This document shows, in pieces, positions 27,601-40,879 of a stretch of 64,000 bases of DNA (its first letter is position 1; the number at the start of each line of letters is the position of its first letter). The notes under the pieces are model-generated. The model was not told the origin of the DNA, did no database searches, and was given only the letters and a program-made list of their open reading frames with translations. The stretch spans positions 1,178,001-1,242,000 of the forward strand of contig NEEC01000020.1 of assembly GCA_002189035.1 (NCBI GenBank), read 5' to 3'. Source of the stretch: Utricularia gibba (taxonomy: Eukaryota > Plantae > Magnoliophyta). Position numbers and translations under genes: made by a program.

Positions 27601-28635
27601 TTTATACTCTAGAGATTTGTGAAACCAAGGAAATAAACAAAAAAATGATAACCTGAAAAACCAAGAGAACATGGGATATCCTCATATAATGTAAAAAAAT
27701 TTCATTAATAAAAAGTTGGATTAAAAAATAATATTACTAAAAAAATCATTAAAAATTGATGGTCAACAAAATTTAATATAGTTCTTCTATTTAAATCTCC
27801 TTCTCCCAAAAAATTACCAAAAGCCCTTTCTCTTTTTTCCCTCATATATCTATCCAAAGATGGGATAGTTGGTGGGTATTTTCCTTTTTACCCCATGTTT
27901 TTAGGAAAATTAATTGTCATCTCCTTGAAAGAACTACTAGAATGACAACTCACGATCTCTTGACTTGCAAAACTTTTTCGCAGTTTTCATAGCCTTATTA
28001 GGTTGAGCTCCTTGTCTATACAACTCATTAGGTTGCATATCCCAAAAGCTTATCTCCAATTAGAACCTTTAAGGCTTATCATGCAGTGATTACTATATTT
28101 TCCTCGAGGGGTTCCCTTGAGTCTTCCTACAAAGTTCTTGTTGTGTCTTATCAACTTGAATCTTCCTAATGATATCTTTGACTTTATTCCTCCATTATAA
28201 GAATCATGCAATGAGTCTTTTCCACCATAGGATTTGGTTTCATAACTCTAATATGGTTCCTCACAAGATCATATATCATCTTAGATATATAGAAAAAAAT
28301 ATTCCTAAATGCTTTACTATAGTAGATTTCTAACCATAGGGTACATCCTCTTGAGTTATTGTCCAAGTCCTATCATAAGGCATGCATCTTAGTATAATAT
28401 TATGAGATTGTTAATGTGACTTGCACTAACATGAATAATTTATGTTGAATGTCATGTATAATTGAAATATCAGGTTGAGCATACTGCTTTTCAAGTCAAT
28501 CCCATGTCAATTAACCTGTTTTAGCATTTTTAAAATTATTCACCAACTAAGTAAGAAGACTCAATCAAACATCATTGTAAAGTCATATTCGGCCTAATCT
28601 ATCTTTGAGGATGTGAGCTATAAGGTTAGGTGGAT

Positions 28636-28802
28636 GGTGATAATATCCCACATTGATTATGAATGAGAGATAGCACATATTTAAATAAAAGGACTCTTAT
28701 AATTTTATACAAGACTTTTTCATCAGAAGGAATGAACGTAAAATCATGAAAGTTGGATCCTAAAGTGGATAATACAATATAAGATAATTGTGGGTTGTGA
28801 CA
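28636..28802 (+). mobile_element. Short solo-LTR-like element
   Basis: Runs (G)GTGATAATATCCCACATTG...GGGTTGTGACA, flanked by near-identical 5-mers TGGAT / TGGAC. Confidence 0.4.
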
Positions 28803-30127
28803 TGGACTGTAAGGTTAAGATAAGATGTGGGGGAAATAGAATAGCTTTGATGACATAGTTTGTTCTATAATCTTAGCAAATGAGAGATAGTATCATAATA
28901 GTTATTGAGTAGCATTACTTTAAAATAATATTTATACAACTTGTGCAAACAAGTCATTATTTGATATTTATACACATATATACATAGCGACAAGGTTTTG
29001 CACACCAGAACCTTGATCCAAAGTTTCTATTTCATGTTGTTTTTTAGAACTTATATTTTCCTTCTATTGTGGTTTGTGTTATGAAAATTCAAAAGTATCA
29101 ATTTCCTATAAAAACAACTTTTTTCATTATTTTGATGGTTTATATATATTAGTAAAATTATCATCAGTTCCATTTATTAAAATTGTAGCAAATAGGAAGA
29201 AGTAGTAGGATGTAGAAAGATTTTTGGGGAAAAATCAATTCCATTGATTATAACAGTTGGTTAACATACAAAAATATATCAATCATCAATTTCCTTGATT
29301 TGACTATGCTCTCTCTTCTTCAACCAAACTCAACTCGAGCTTTATAACTGCTCATTGATTAGAAGCTCGATTTAATTGAGATTTAGAAGTGTAGAATGAA
29401 GCAGTAAGAGAGCTGCTACTGCAGCTTGATGTATTGAAATTGAAAGAGTGTAAAATTCAGGGTTACTACCCTATATCCATACAAGATGAATTCTTTCTCT
29501 ATTTATACACAGAAATTCGACCATTGCTTTTGTCCTTTTATTTTGCACACGTGACTTCTAGCCGTTGCACTCTTGGGCTTGGGCTTGGCTTTATGGACTA
29601 GTGAACTCATAGTATTCTTCATTTGGTTCAGCCCATATGATGTCTTGGTCAGCCCAATTGCAAATGTCGCCATCTGTCTTCCACTTCGCAGGAGCAACAT
29701 CACTATGGTTTTGGAGATTCAACACGCCCCCCTGATGTTGCGACCCTTGTAATTCATACTCTGAGGCAATTGAGGCTGATTCCAGGTTTTTACAATCTCA
29801 ATTATTCTCCAATTTGATTTTCCCAAGGTTTTTTTCTTCTTTTGGAGAGTCTAGTTCTTCATCTTGGTCATGTTCAACAGTCTCGATTTCGGGTTTCTCC
29901 TTGTGAGGTACCTTAAATCTTAAGCCAATCCCACACTTCAAGAAATTGTGAGTTTTTGGGTAAAGCAATTTAGTAAGCATGTGAGCTAGTTGCCTATCCG
30001 ATGGTACATGTTTGAGTTTGATTTTTTTTTTCTTTCACATAATGCCTCACCACATGGTACCTAACCTCAATATGCTTTGTTCTTCCAAAGAAGGCCGGAT
30101 TGTTTCCCATTGCGATAGCCGATTTGC

Positions 30128-33100
30128 TGACCCACCCACAGAAAGGCCCACTGCAAATAACGGCTAACCGTCGTGAAATCCCTGAGGCCAAGCTGTAAAG
30201 AGAGCGTAGGGGAGCCGAGAGAAAACAGAGCACATTCTGGGAATTCAAAGAAGAGTTTTCTTTCTTTTCAAGAATACGATCAAGGAAGAGTTGAGTCAGA
30301 AGGGGTTTTCTTCTTCTTTGGGGGGAATTCTGTTTTGCTCTAAAAAGAGTTCGTGTATGTGAAATTGGCTGAGCCTAGCTGTGATTGTTTGGTTTAGAAA
30401 GCCTGTTCTAGGAGCTGTGGATGTTCCTGTAATTTCATATTGGTGATAGTGGATTCTTTAACCTAGTGTGGAGCACCCGAGGTTTTTTCCCGCAAGGGTT
30501 TTCCTCATTAAAATTGCTTGTTCTGTTCCTGTTCATGCTCTATGCTCGCAAGATTCTGTGGTCATGTGTTTGTATTTTGTGAAGTCCAGGTTACATTGTT
30601 CAAAGATCCTGTCAAATTGGTATCAGAGCTTGGACTCGACAAGGTGTAATTCTTGCACCAAACCAATAGAGGACTTCTTAGGAATGACTAAACTAAACTC
30701 ACAGAATTACTCTTTGTGGTGCACAAAGATGAAAGTAGTTCTAATCTGCAAGGACCTTTGGAATGCTATTTATCTTGGGAAGGAAAAGCCAGAAAAAATC
30801 AGCGATTCAGATTGGAAGACGCTCCACCTGAAGGCCTGTGCATATATGCAATTGTGCATAGAAAATACAAATAAGAAAAGATTTTGGGACTATGAAGATG
30901 CAAAGGAACTCTGGAGGAAAATAAAGAACTTCAGACCCTGCTCAGCACAGAACAAAATGTTGCTGGATCAAAAACTATCCAATCTCCGATATAAGGATGG
31001 AGAACCTATGGCAGACCACATAAGCAAGTTCGAAGACTTGGTAGATGAAATGATATCCATAGGTATGGATTTGGATGATGAAACTCAGGCCATCAAGTTG
31101 CTTCGAACACTACCACCAAGCTGGGAGGTGTTGACAATTACTCTCATGCATACATCAAATGGACTGCCCTATGACTCTATGGTAAACACTCTGTTACACG
31201 AAGAGCTGAGAAAGAAAGATGTCTGTCAAGACTCAAAGGGCACACTCGTAGTCACTGAACAAAAAGGAAAGTGGAAACACAAGAAGCCCCAAAACAAAAA
31301 GAAGGAGTGGAAGGATAAAGGGAAAGGTGTAACTGAGTCAGATAGGAATAAAGGTTGTGATGATACGAGAACATGCTATTATTGCAAGAAGACCGACACA
31401 TAAAGAAGCAGTGCAACTTCTGGTTGAAGCCCCAAGGACAGATCACCAATGATCCTCAAGGACTAAAGAAAGCAGAAAATTCAGGAACAATGCTGGCTCA
31501 TGTAGAAGAAGAATTACTGGTGTTGCTTCCTCAACCAATGGACAGCAATATAATGATGCTCCAAACAACAGCAGAAGCAAACAAGTTGACAAGTTCTGAA
31601 TGGATTGTGGATTCTGCAGCTAGCTATCATGCCACACCGAACAAAGAAATCATGACTAACCTTAAATTGGGAAACTATGGAAAGGTGAAGATGGGAAATT
31701 CTGCTGTCTCAGATATTTTGGGTATTGGAGATATTCATGTTATCACAAATCAATGCCACAAATTGATATTGGCAGATGTAAGATATGTCCCCGACATCCG
31801 CCTGAAACTTATATCTATAACTTACTTGGACCGCTCAGGATATGCAAGCTCATTTGGCAGTAAAAAATGGAAGCTAATTCAGGGCTCAAGGGTGTGCGCC
31901 ACGGGAGAAGTGGATGGGACTCTCTATAAAACTCAGGTGACACCTGTGATGCCTGAATCAGATAGATAATTCCCAAAGACTATGGCACAGAAGGATGGGA
32001 CATCTGTCCTATAAAGGTTTACACTTTCTGATGAAACAGAACCTGATCGATAAATGCTCTCTTGAACAGACCACTTGCGAGGAATGTATTATCGGAAAGC
32101 ACCACAGAGCAGAATTCAAGAAAGTATTTCACAGAAGTAATGAACTTCTAAACACAATGTTTTCAGATGTTGCAGGACCAGTTGAGTGTGAGTCTACTGG
32201 CGGAATGAGATTTTTTGTCAGTTTTATTGATGATGCATCAAGAAAGTCGTGGATTTTTCTTATACATAAGAGTGATGTGTTTGCTCGCTTTCATCAACTG
32301 CATACCCTACTGGAGAGACAAACAGATAAAGTATTGAAGAAGTTCGAAAATGATAATGGTGGGGAATACTGCTCTGCTGAATTCGAAGAATATTGCAAGT
32401 CCAAAGGAATCAAGAAAATAACCACAACTCCTGGAACTCTTGAGCACAATGGGATAGCTGAGAGACTTAATAGGACTCTCATGGACAAGGTAAGAAGCAT
32501 GTTAGTCTCAGCTAGACTACCTAAGAGCTTTTGGGCTGAAGCCCTGAATATAGCTTGCTACCTCTCAAATAGATCATCAATGATAGCACTAAATTTTTTA
32601 ACTCCTCAGGAGATATGGACTTGAGAGAAGCCTAACTTGAACCACCTTCGAGTGTTTGGTTGTAAAGCCTATGTCCACGTGCAAAAGGAACACAGATCCA
32701 AACTGGATGAACGTTCCAAACCATGTATCCTGCTTGGCTATGGTGAGGATAAAATGGGGTACAGATTGTGGGATCCGATTGAAGTCAAGATTGTGAGATC
32801 AAGGGATTGTTAAATTCATTGAAGATAAGACCATCCTTGATATTCATGAGAACTTAGGCAACAAGAAGAAGAGACGCCTAATGATGTTTGGAGACCCCCA
32901 CATCAAGGCCAGGCAGACGCTGAAAGAGTTCACTCAGTGGTCAGAAGATTAGGGAGGAGACTCACTCCCTCCACCCAGTATCTTGCTGATGAATATGAAT
33001 TGATCTCAGAGGCAGGGGAACCTGAAACCATGGCTGAATTTATGTCAATGCCTGACAAAGATAAATGGTTAGAGGCTATGAATGAGGAGATGAACTCCAT

Positions 33101-35275
33101 ATGGGCCAATAACACCTTTGATTTGGTAATACTGCCTGCAAGAAGAAAGGCTGTTAAAGTAAAACACAACTCTGATGGCACTATCAGATATAAAGCAAGA
33201 GTAGTGGTAAAAGGCTTCAGACAAAAAGCAGGACTGAATTTTGAGGAAATATTCTCACCGGTTATCAAGCTGGCCACGGTAAGGATCATTTTGTCCCTTA
33301 CTGCTGGGAACTTGAACAATTGGACATAAAGACTGCCTTCCTTCATGGAGACCTACTAGAGGAGATCTATATGAAATAGGTTGAAGGGTTTGTAGAACAG
33401 GGAAAGGAAAAACTAGTCTGTAAATTGAATAAGAGCCTCAATGGATTGAAACAGGCTCCAAGGCAGTGGTATCTCAAATTTGATAGTTTCATGGCAAAGA
33501 ATGAATTCCACAAGACCTTTGGTGATCAGTGTGCCTAATGGAAGATGGGAAAAATGATCACATATTTTTACTCCTATACGTAGATGATATGCTGGTGGCA
33601 AGCCCCTGATAAGTGATTTTGTGTCACTTATGTTTGTGCTTTTTAGGATTCACTTAGATGGGTTTTGCATTCTTTTTGTCACACTTTCCTTATGTTTTTA
33701 GAAGAATTTTATATCTTTCATACCACATTGATCTTTTTGGAGGGAAAGTGTGTTTTGTGATTTTCCAGGATAATTTTGACATAATTTGGGGGATTTTCGA
33801 GCTACTTTGATGGAGGCAAAGATTCGGTCCATCTAGATAAAGACTCGGTCAAAGATTCTCGAATAAGATAAGATTCGCATCTTATCTTAGAAAATTTGGA
33901 TCTTATCCTAGAAGATTTGTATCAAATCTTAGAAGATCCGGATAGAAAATTTGATGTGGGCCTATCAAGAAAGCCCGACAAGTCCCCATCATTATATAAA
34001 GATTCAAACGCGAAGATCAAAAGAGGGAGTCAAGGGTGGACGACCAGAGAGTCAATTTAGAGTTTAGAGTTGAGTCTACCATGTTTTGGATATCTTCTTT
34101 TTCGTTTTCCATCAACTTTTGTTGTTTAGAGTCAAGTATGCACGTGTGAGCACTTGCGACTGAGGATCTGCTGTGAAGCCTTGCTTGCGCAAGTCTTGCG
34201 CGCGTGACTGTCTTACTATGTTTTTCAGCATTTAATTTGAGGTCAGATTCTGTTTTTCGCAACGTTTTGTTTACCAACGTGATCTTTAGTACCATATAGT
34301 CCTAAGGGAGTGTAGGAGAATCAAAGGTTGGCCTAAAGCACCTAAGGAGAAGGGTTCAATCGGACATCGTTGGTAAGACATATTCTGTCTAATCTGTCTA
34401 CGAGGTGTGAGGTGTAGAGGTTAGATTTGAGTGTGGGGAAAACATGGGTTATCATAGGAGGTGAAATGGCTCTGGTGGCGTAGTTGATTTCATAACCCAC
34501 AAATCAAGGGACGGTGCTATAACAGTCACCGGGTAGCACTATTTTAGCATAACACCTCCAAAGCTTGTGCAAGCAGGTCAGTTCTCAAGGTTTGCACACA
34601 CGCAAGGGCGAATTTCAAGTAAGATGGATCTTAGATCCAAGGCCACTTTTCTTATTGTTTTTTAAAAAAACTAAATCTTTCTTTTGTTTTCAATCTTCTT
34701 TAAGTCTTTGTTTTGAAGAGAAAATTCCAATAACAATTCCCTGTGGATACAATCTTATTTTATTACTTCGGCGGTTTCTGTGCACTTGCAGAATCACCAT
34801 CAGCCCCTGCAGACGCAGAATTGTTGAGTTGAAGCATCAGATGAAAAAGGAATTCTGCATGAAAGATTTCGGAGCAGCTAAAAAAATACTGGGGGTGGAT
34901 ATCACCAGAAACATATCAAAAAGAATCTTAACTCTGTCTCAACGGAATTATATTGATCAGATCTTGAAGAAAGCCTGTCTTGAAGAGGCTAAACCAGTAG
35001 TCTCCCCACTACCTGGACATCTTAAGTTCTCAAAAGAAATGTGACCTCAAGACCAACTAGAAAGGCACCAAATGAACAGAGTGCCCTATGCTTCTGTGGT
35101 ACGTTCAATTATGTATCTGATGATGTGTACGAGACCAAACATCAGTTTTGTAGCAAGCACGGTCAATAGATTCCTAGCTAATCCTGGAAAAATGCACTGG
35201 GAATGAGTCAAATGGCTGCTGAGGTACCTGAAGGGAACCAAGGAATATAAGCTATGCTATGGTACAAATGATACA
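30128..35275 (+). mobile_element. Ty1/Copia (Tork/Tnt1-like), 3'-truncated, nested in opposite orientation
   Basis: 5' LTR at about 30128-30614 (TGAC...GTCA) and tRNA-iMet PBS at 30618-30629. Gag MTKLNSQNYSLWCTKMK, protease WIVDSAASYH, integrase FVSFIDDASRKSW / DNGGEY / NGIAERLNRTL, RT YKARVVVKGF and LYVDDMLVAS. Stops after LRYLKGTKEYKLCYG, with no RNase H or 3' LTR. Confidence 0.9.
33607..34802 (+). mobile_element. Athila-like solo LTR (1196 bp) inserted in the RT of the inner Copia
   Basis: Termini TGATAAG...CACCATCA with a perfect TSD GCCCC at 33602-33606 and 34803-34807. Removing it rejoins YVDDMLVASP to CRRRIVELKHQMKKEFCMKD. Confidence 0.92.
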
Positions 35276-38200
35276 ACTCTTCTTCTGACTCGACTATTTA
35301 GGAGATCCACAACCTCACTTCTTAATTTCAGGAGATATACCTAGTAGTGTTTAGAAAAATCATCCACAAATAATAGAAAGTATTTGTTTCCGTCTTTTGT
35401 GGTTGGTGAGATGGGACTTTCTGGAAAGGATGATCTAGCCATTTTTCCTAATTGGCAGATCTCATAGCAGTCTTCGGTCCGGGTGAGCTCATCTATTCCA
35501 TCTACTAGTTTTCCTTGTTGGCTTTTGATAAGAGAGAATTGATTGTGATGACCAAATCTCTTGTGCCATAGCCTCATGTTCTCTTTTCCTCTAGCACTCA
35601 AGGCAACAGCTTCACTGTCCGTTTTCTGCAGGAAGTTAATGGGGAAGAGACGGTTATCCATAGGAATTTCCAAGAGTGTTTGGCCTACATGGTTAGTGAT
35701 AGTGCATCGCAAATTAGAAAAAAAATATTTCAATTTTTTTACAGGAACAATCTGTCCATTAGCCACTTCGATACTTTTCCCTACAAGAGGCAAAATGGTT
35801 TCAAACAAGTGTTTGTTGTTGCACATGTGATTTGTGCAACCACTGTCCAGTAACAAGGTAGCTTTGCTTTCATCTGTCATAGTTGTTAGTATTGAATTTT
35901 TTCTAAGTGTTATGAGATCAAGGATGTAAGTAGAAGAAACTTCTTTTTCATTAGGATTTGAAAAGGATACAGAGTTAAATAGTTTTTCCAAGGCATCTGC
36001 ATTGAGATTGACTGCAAGGGGTCCATTTGAAGTGAGTTGTCTCTTCACTTGCCCAACTATTTCCTTTTTAAGATTGCATATTTGTTCCTTGTGTCCCCTC
36101 TTGTCACAGAAGCTACAGATTGCATCAGGGTGCCTCCAGCATTTTTCTGTCAGATGATTGGTTACTTTGCAGTGAGCACAAGGTGGTAGCCCATCATTCT
36201 GTGAACCCTGATGTTTGTTTCTTTGTGAGGGTGGCTTGTATACAGCTTGTGAATTTGGTTGCTGATTGTGTGTGGCACTAAAGACCCGCTCCTCAGTAAT
36301 AACATGCTTGTACAGCTCTACCTCCTGCAGACTTTCCAGCAGCTCCTGGTGGGTGAATTTTCTCAGACAGCCAGTGGCCACTAGGGAGTGAACGGTGATG
36401 TTGTAGGATGTCGGCAGTGCAACTAAGATTACGTCCATGAGTCGAGATTCATCAGGTGAAGTCCCAAGGGCCTTAAAATTCCTTACAACAGCCTTTATTT
36501 CCTCTGCTAGGCTTTTGATGGTGTCACCACTTTTCATCTTGAGTTGTCCAAGAGCACGCCATTGGAATGCAGCCTGTTTGTCTCTGGATTCTTCAATTCC
36601 CATATAAGTCTTTTCAAGCAGCTTCCAGGATTCAAGTGGCGTGGAGCAATCAAGTATCACCTCGTAAGCTTCTCATGAGACAGCCTTGTCGAGTATGCAC
36701 TGTACTTTCATTTCTTTCTCATTATACTCCTTCAGTGCAGGAGCATCCTGAGGCTTTGTCTCTGAAAAATAGGATAAAAGGTCAGCTTGATTAAGAAAGT
36801 TATTGATTTTCTTACGCCATGCACGAAACTCATGAGGATCTTTTCCATCAAACTTGGGAGGGGATCCACAAGTAGCCATATGAAGAAGGATGAGTGTTGA
36901 GGATCGCTTCACGTCGGGTTCACCAAATTGAGATTTAGAAGTGTAGAACGAAGCAGTAAGAGAGTTGCTACTGCAGCTTGATGTATTGAAATTTAAAGAG
37001 TGTAAAATTCAGGGTTACTACCCTATATCCATACAAGATGTATTCTTTCTCTATTTATACACAAAAATTAGATCGTTGCTTTTGTCTTTTTATTCTGCAC
37101 ACGTGACTTCTAGCCGTTGCACTCTTGGGCTTGGGCTTGGCTTTATGGACTAGTAAACTCATAGTATTCTTCATTTGATTCAGCCCATACGATGTCTTGG
37201 TCAGCCCAATTGCAAATGTCACCATCTGTCTTCCACTTAGTGGGAGCAACATCACTAGGGTTTTGGAGATTCAACAGATTTGACTTGAAACTCAAGCTTG
37301 GTTCAAAAAACTTAGTAGTAATAATTGTGTACAATCTATCTTATAATTGTGTTTTCATGTCAAGTATTTTCTTTGATCGAGACTCAAGAGTCATTAAGTT
37401 AGAGTTGAAGATGGAACTTGAATTTATTGATCCGTAGTGGACCCATCGCTCATTTACGACTGGCATGTTTACACCCCGTCGGTCACACACTTCAATTTCT
37501 TCCTTCACATATGCAATACAAATTATTCACTCTCTTTTGGGCTACTCGCTTAGCGGGGCCTCGCCTCGCCTGGATTCATTATTAAATCTCTCTTGCCCCA
37601 GCAAATTATTTCACCCCCACCTTGCAGAATGACTCATCATCCTTTCTTCATTCCTCTAATCCTACTTCTCTCAATCTTCTGTGTACTGGATTTTTCAAGA
37701 CGAGGCAATAAATTCCTTTTGACAGCTTACAGCTGATGTTGTACCACGTATGTGCCACAATTTCTAAGTTGGTGTCTTGGACTAGCGCAATATCAAATGT
37801 TGGACTTGAGAATTAATTATATCAAATATTCAATCAATCGTAACTATTTTTTATATCCCAAATTTTGAGACAAAGTGTGCCCAATAAAAATAATGCTTGG
37901 ATCAATTGTCCCGTGGAAACCAAACGCATAATTTGTATCAAATAATGGGCATTATTTTTGGTATTAAACAAAATAATGGAGATTTTTGACGCAAATGTTC
38001 ACTACACGCAAATGTAGAAGAGGTAGACTAGCTTTAATGGGACCACTTCTACATGAAAATAATTTTGAAGAATAACTATTTTCATTTTTTTGTGTGAAAA
38101 ATAATCATTCTTAATAATAACACTTTATTTGTATATATAAAATATAAGATGATTATTTTTCAAAGTAAAGGCTGCATAAAGTGAAATAGAAGAGACTGAT

Positions 38201-38475
38201 TTTATGTATCAAGATAAGCATCAAATGACACGCTACAGTACCATCCACAGAATAACAGTATGTGTGTTTGAAGTTGGGGTCCCCCACATGCTACTAGTTT
38301 ATAATAGCAGACAAAACAAGTGTCCCACATCGGATCATATCATCTCGCTCTCTGTCACTTTTGCAGGAAGGAACTTACAGTTAAAACCTTAAACTGGTGT
38401 GTCATCATTCTCAATCTTCAACACCTTTATTATTCGTTTCCGGATTCAGGGCAGATGGTACCGCTACAGAATCTG

Positions 38476-40527
38476 CTATTGCTGCTTTTGCGTTGTTAGT
38501 TTACTTTCGTTGTTGAGGTAATCTGGGAGTTCAATTGTATGGGCGAATCCTGATGATGCTGCATTTGAGACGAATGGCCAGTAGCCACAAGAATCGGCTA
38601 TTGTGCTTCCCTTTAATTCTATCCCCTGCATAAGTTACTGCTTTTAGTTTTATGCAATAAGAAATTGTTCCTAGGCAATAAAGATGGGGTACAGAGATCG
38701 CTTGCAGAGGGAGGAAACTCTATGATTAAACAAATAATACTTTCAATTGCTTTACAGCTAGAGCCTGGAATCATGTACCTTATAAAGGGGACTGATACAT
38801 GAACCTGCTGCAGCATGGCTGTACAAGGGGTGAGTTCCACCAATGGCCTGAGTGTAAAAGAAAAAAAGTAAACAGTAAAACACATAACCAGAAGCAGCAG
38901 CAGGTTTGTATTCTTTAAAAAACCTGCAATTCATCTTTAGGCGCGCTGTGGAGATGAGAACTCCCCAGCTTCTTGATTAACCTATTGTTGCGACTGTTTG
39001 CTGCATCAGGTGGAGCGATGCCCAAGTTCAAATCCAGATCTTGGTGTTCATCTGCAATGAGGATACCTATAGGAACAAAGTTTGGGTTCCAACAGAAAAG
39101 ACAGGATGCGGAAGAATCATCTTTAGTACCTGTCTGATGCTGGGAGCTTAGCTCTTCATCATACATGCTTGGTTCAAAGTTAGTTACGGCTTCTCTACCA
39201 TTGCACTTGATAGCAGCTTTGTCATATGCCCTAAGAAAACCAGACTAACGCTTCTCAAAAAAAGAAATGGAAATAAATAAACCAGATAGACTGTCTGTCG
39301 ACCTTGCAGCTTCGATCTCACTATCAAATAGTCCAAGATAGATGTACCTGCATCAAAAGGACATTTCAAATACTATGCTCAAGGGCCAGGCATCACCAAA
39401 TAGGAAATAGATATTACTTCTTTCCAAGGTATTGTCCCATTCGAGCTTCCCATCTTCCACATTTATGCAGGGTAACTCCTCTATACTTGGAACTCCCTCT
39501 CGCAAACCCCGTGCTCTGGCGACGAAGTATGTGCACGAATTCTTCTTTGGTAAGGTTCCTCATCTGCGGAGCAGTAACAAAGAAAATCCCTCACTATCAA
39601 CGGCTCCAAGTAGATAATTGCAATAGAAACATTGGGGAAGGATCAGCAACCATCTCCAGGTCTTCTTCATAATCACAAACTTCAAAGTTAATATCCGCAT
39701 CCAGTCCACGGAATTTTAGGGCTGCTCGATCATATGCCCTGAAATAAGGATTTCTTATGACATGCCAGATTTTGGGTACCCAAATTACTCAAACAAACAG
39801 GGAGTTCATACCTTGCAGCAGAATGCGCAGTGTCAAAACCACCTACAAAATCAAGTTATGGAAGGAGTGGAGGTGGGATCATCAGCCGGAATCGAATCGA
39901 CTAAGAAAGACGGATCACTTACCTAAGTAAACTTGTTTACCACAATCCCTACAAAGATTATGAGAAACGCGTAATCACATCGTTCTCAGAAAATATTCGT
40001 GGAGTTACACAAGACGAAAGCACCAGTCGACACAGTGGTGTGTGTTCATCACGAAAACAAGATCTGAATCCGATACAAAAGCCCGATAATCATTTCAAAG
40101 ACTGAACTCACCAAATGTGCGATTCCCATCGTCCAGTACGTCGATAGAAAGTAACGCCACGATACTGAGAACTACGAGACCTCGGACCCCTCCTACACTT
40201 CTTCACCTGTTTCCTCCTTTCTGGTCCCTGAAAGAGTGTCTGGTCCTCCAGTTTCTGAACAGGAAAAAACTGCCTCATCACGTAACCGGAAGTCGAATAT
40301 TTCTCACACTCCCCGTTATTCTTCCACACATCAAAACCCACGAAACAACTGGCCTCAGAGTTATCGGCGCTAGAACTCTCCATGATAACATCAGACGACG
40401 CAATAGAACTACCGGAATGCTCAATCGAATCGCCGTTGAGCAGCGAAGTTTTTTTCGAGGCGGCGTCGGACTGATCTGTGACGGTTGATTTAAGATCGAT
40501 GTTCAAATTCAGGCAGAAAATCGCCAT
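38476..40527 (-). CDS. APETALA2-like (euAP2, TOE/RAP2-7 type) transcription factor, 10 exons, 404 aa
   Basis: Exons 40527-40112, 39948-39923, 39842-39812, 39738-39651, 39563-39418, 39347-39303, 39230-39130, 39066-38924, 38847-38779 and 38625-38476 (1215 bp). Two AP2 domains ([30 protein letters not shown]; [20 protein letters not shown]), EAR motif DLDLNLGI, and NAASSGF. Confidence 0.93.
38544..38564 (-). promoter_or_regulatory. miR172 target site in the last AP2 exon
   Basis: The mRNA reads AUGCAGCAUCAUCAGGAUUCG, complementary to miR172 (AGAAUCUUGAUGAUGCUGCAU) with one G:U pair and one terminal mismatch. Confidence 0.95.
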
Positions 40528-40879
40528 GCCCCCAATCCTCCTCCTCTAGCTCCCGCGACACGAAAGGAGAAAAACGCATGTAGGTAGGGGGGGGGGGGGG
40601 GGAGTCCACACGAGAAGAAAGGAATAGAGTGATGCATATGCTGACGCCTGACTCGGTTTATTCAATCAAAACGGCTTTTGGCCTTATGGGATCCTAAAAT
40701 TGTTTAATAATCAAATAAGAAAACAAAAAACGATTAAATGACTATTTGGTAATACAAATTACAACAGCACAAGTAGTTGTTACATTTTAATCTATTAGTT
40801 CATGGGTGATTTTTATTTCTGCAATTTCCATTACACAGTATTTTTGTTTATTATATTGGGAGATGCACCATTCTTCTTC

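Larger units (their letters stand above)
29374..37276 (-). mobile_element. Ty1/Copia element with tRNA-Trp PBS (outer element of the nest), internally deleted
   Basis: 351-bp LTRs at 29374-29724 and 36926-37276 differ at 18 positions by hand alignment (about 95% identical). TSD GATTT at 29369-29373 and 37277-37281. PBS TGGTGAACCCGACGTGAA (36925-36908) and PPT TCAGGGGGGCG next to 29724. Gag/zinc knuckles/protease LLLDSGCTNHM/integrase start FLLFVDDFSKH in 35341-36880, RNase H end FGRTKHIEVRYH near 30000-30120. Confidence 0.93.
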
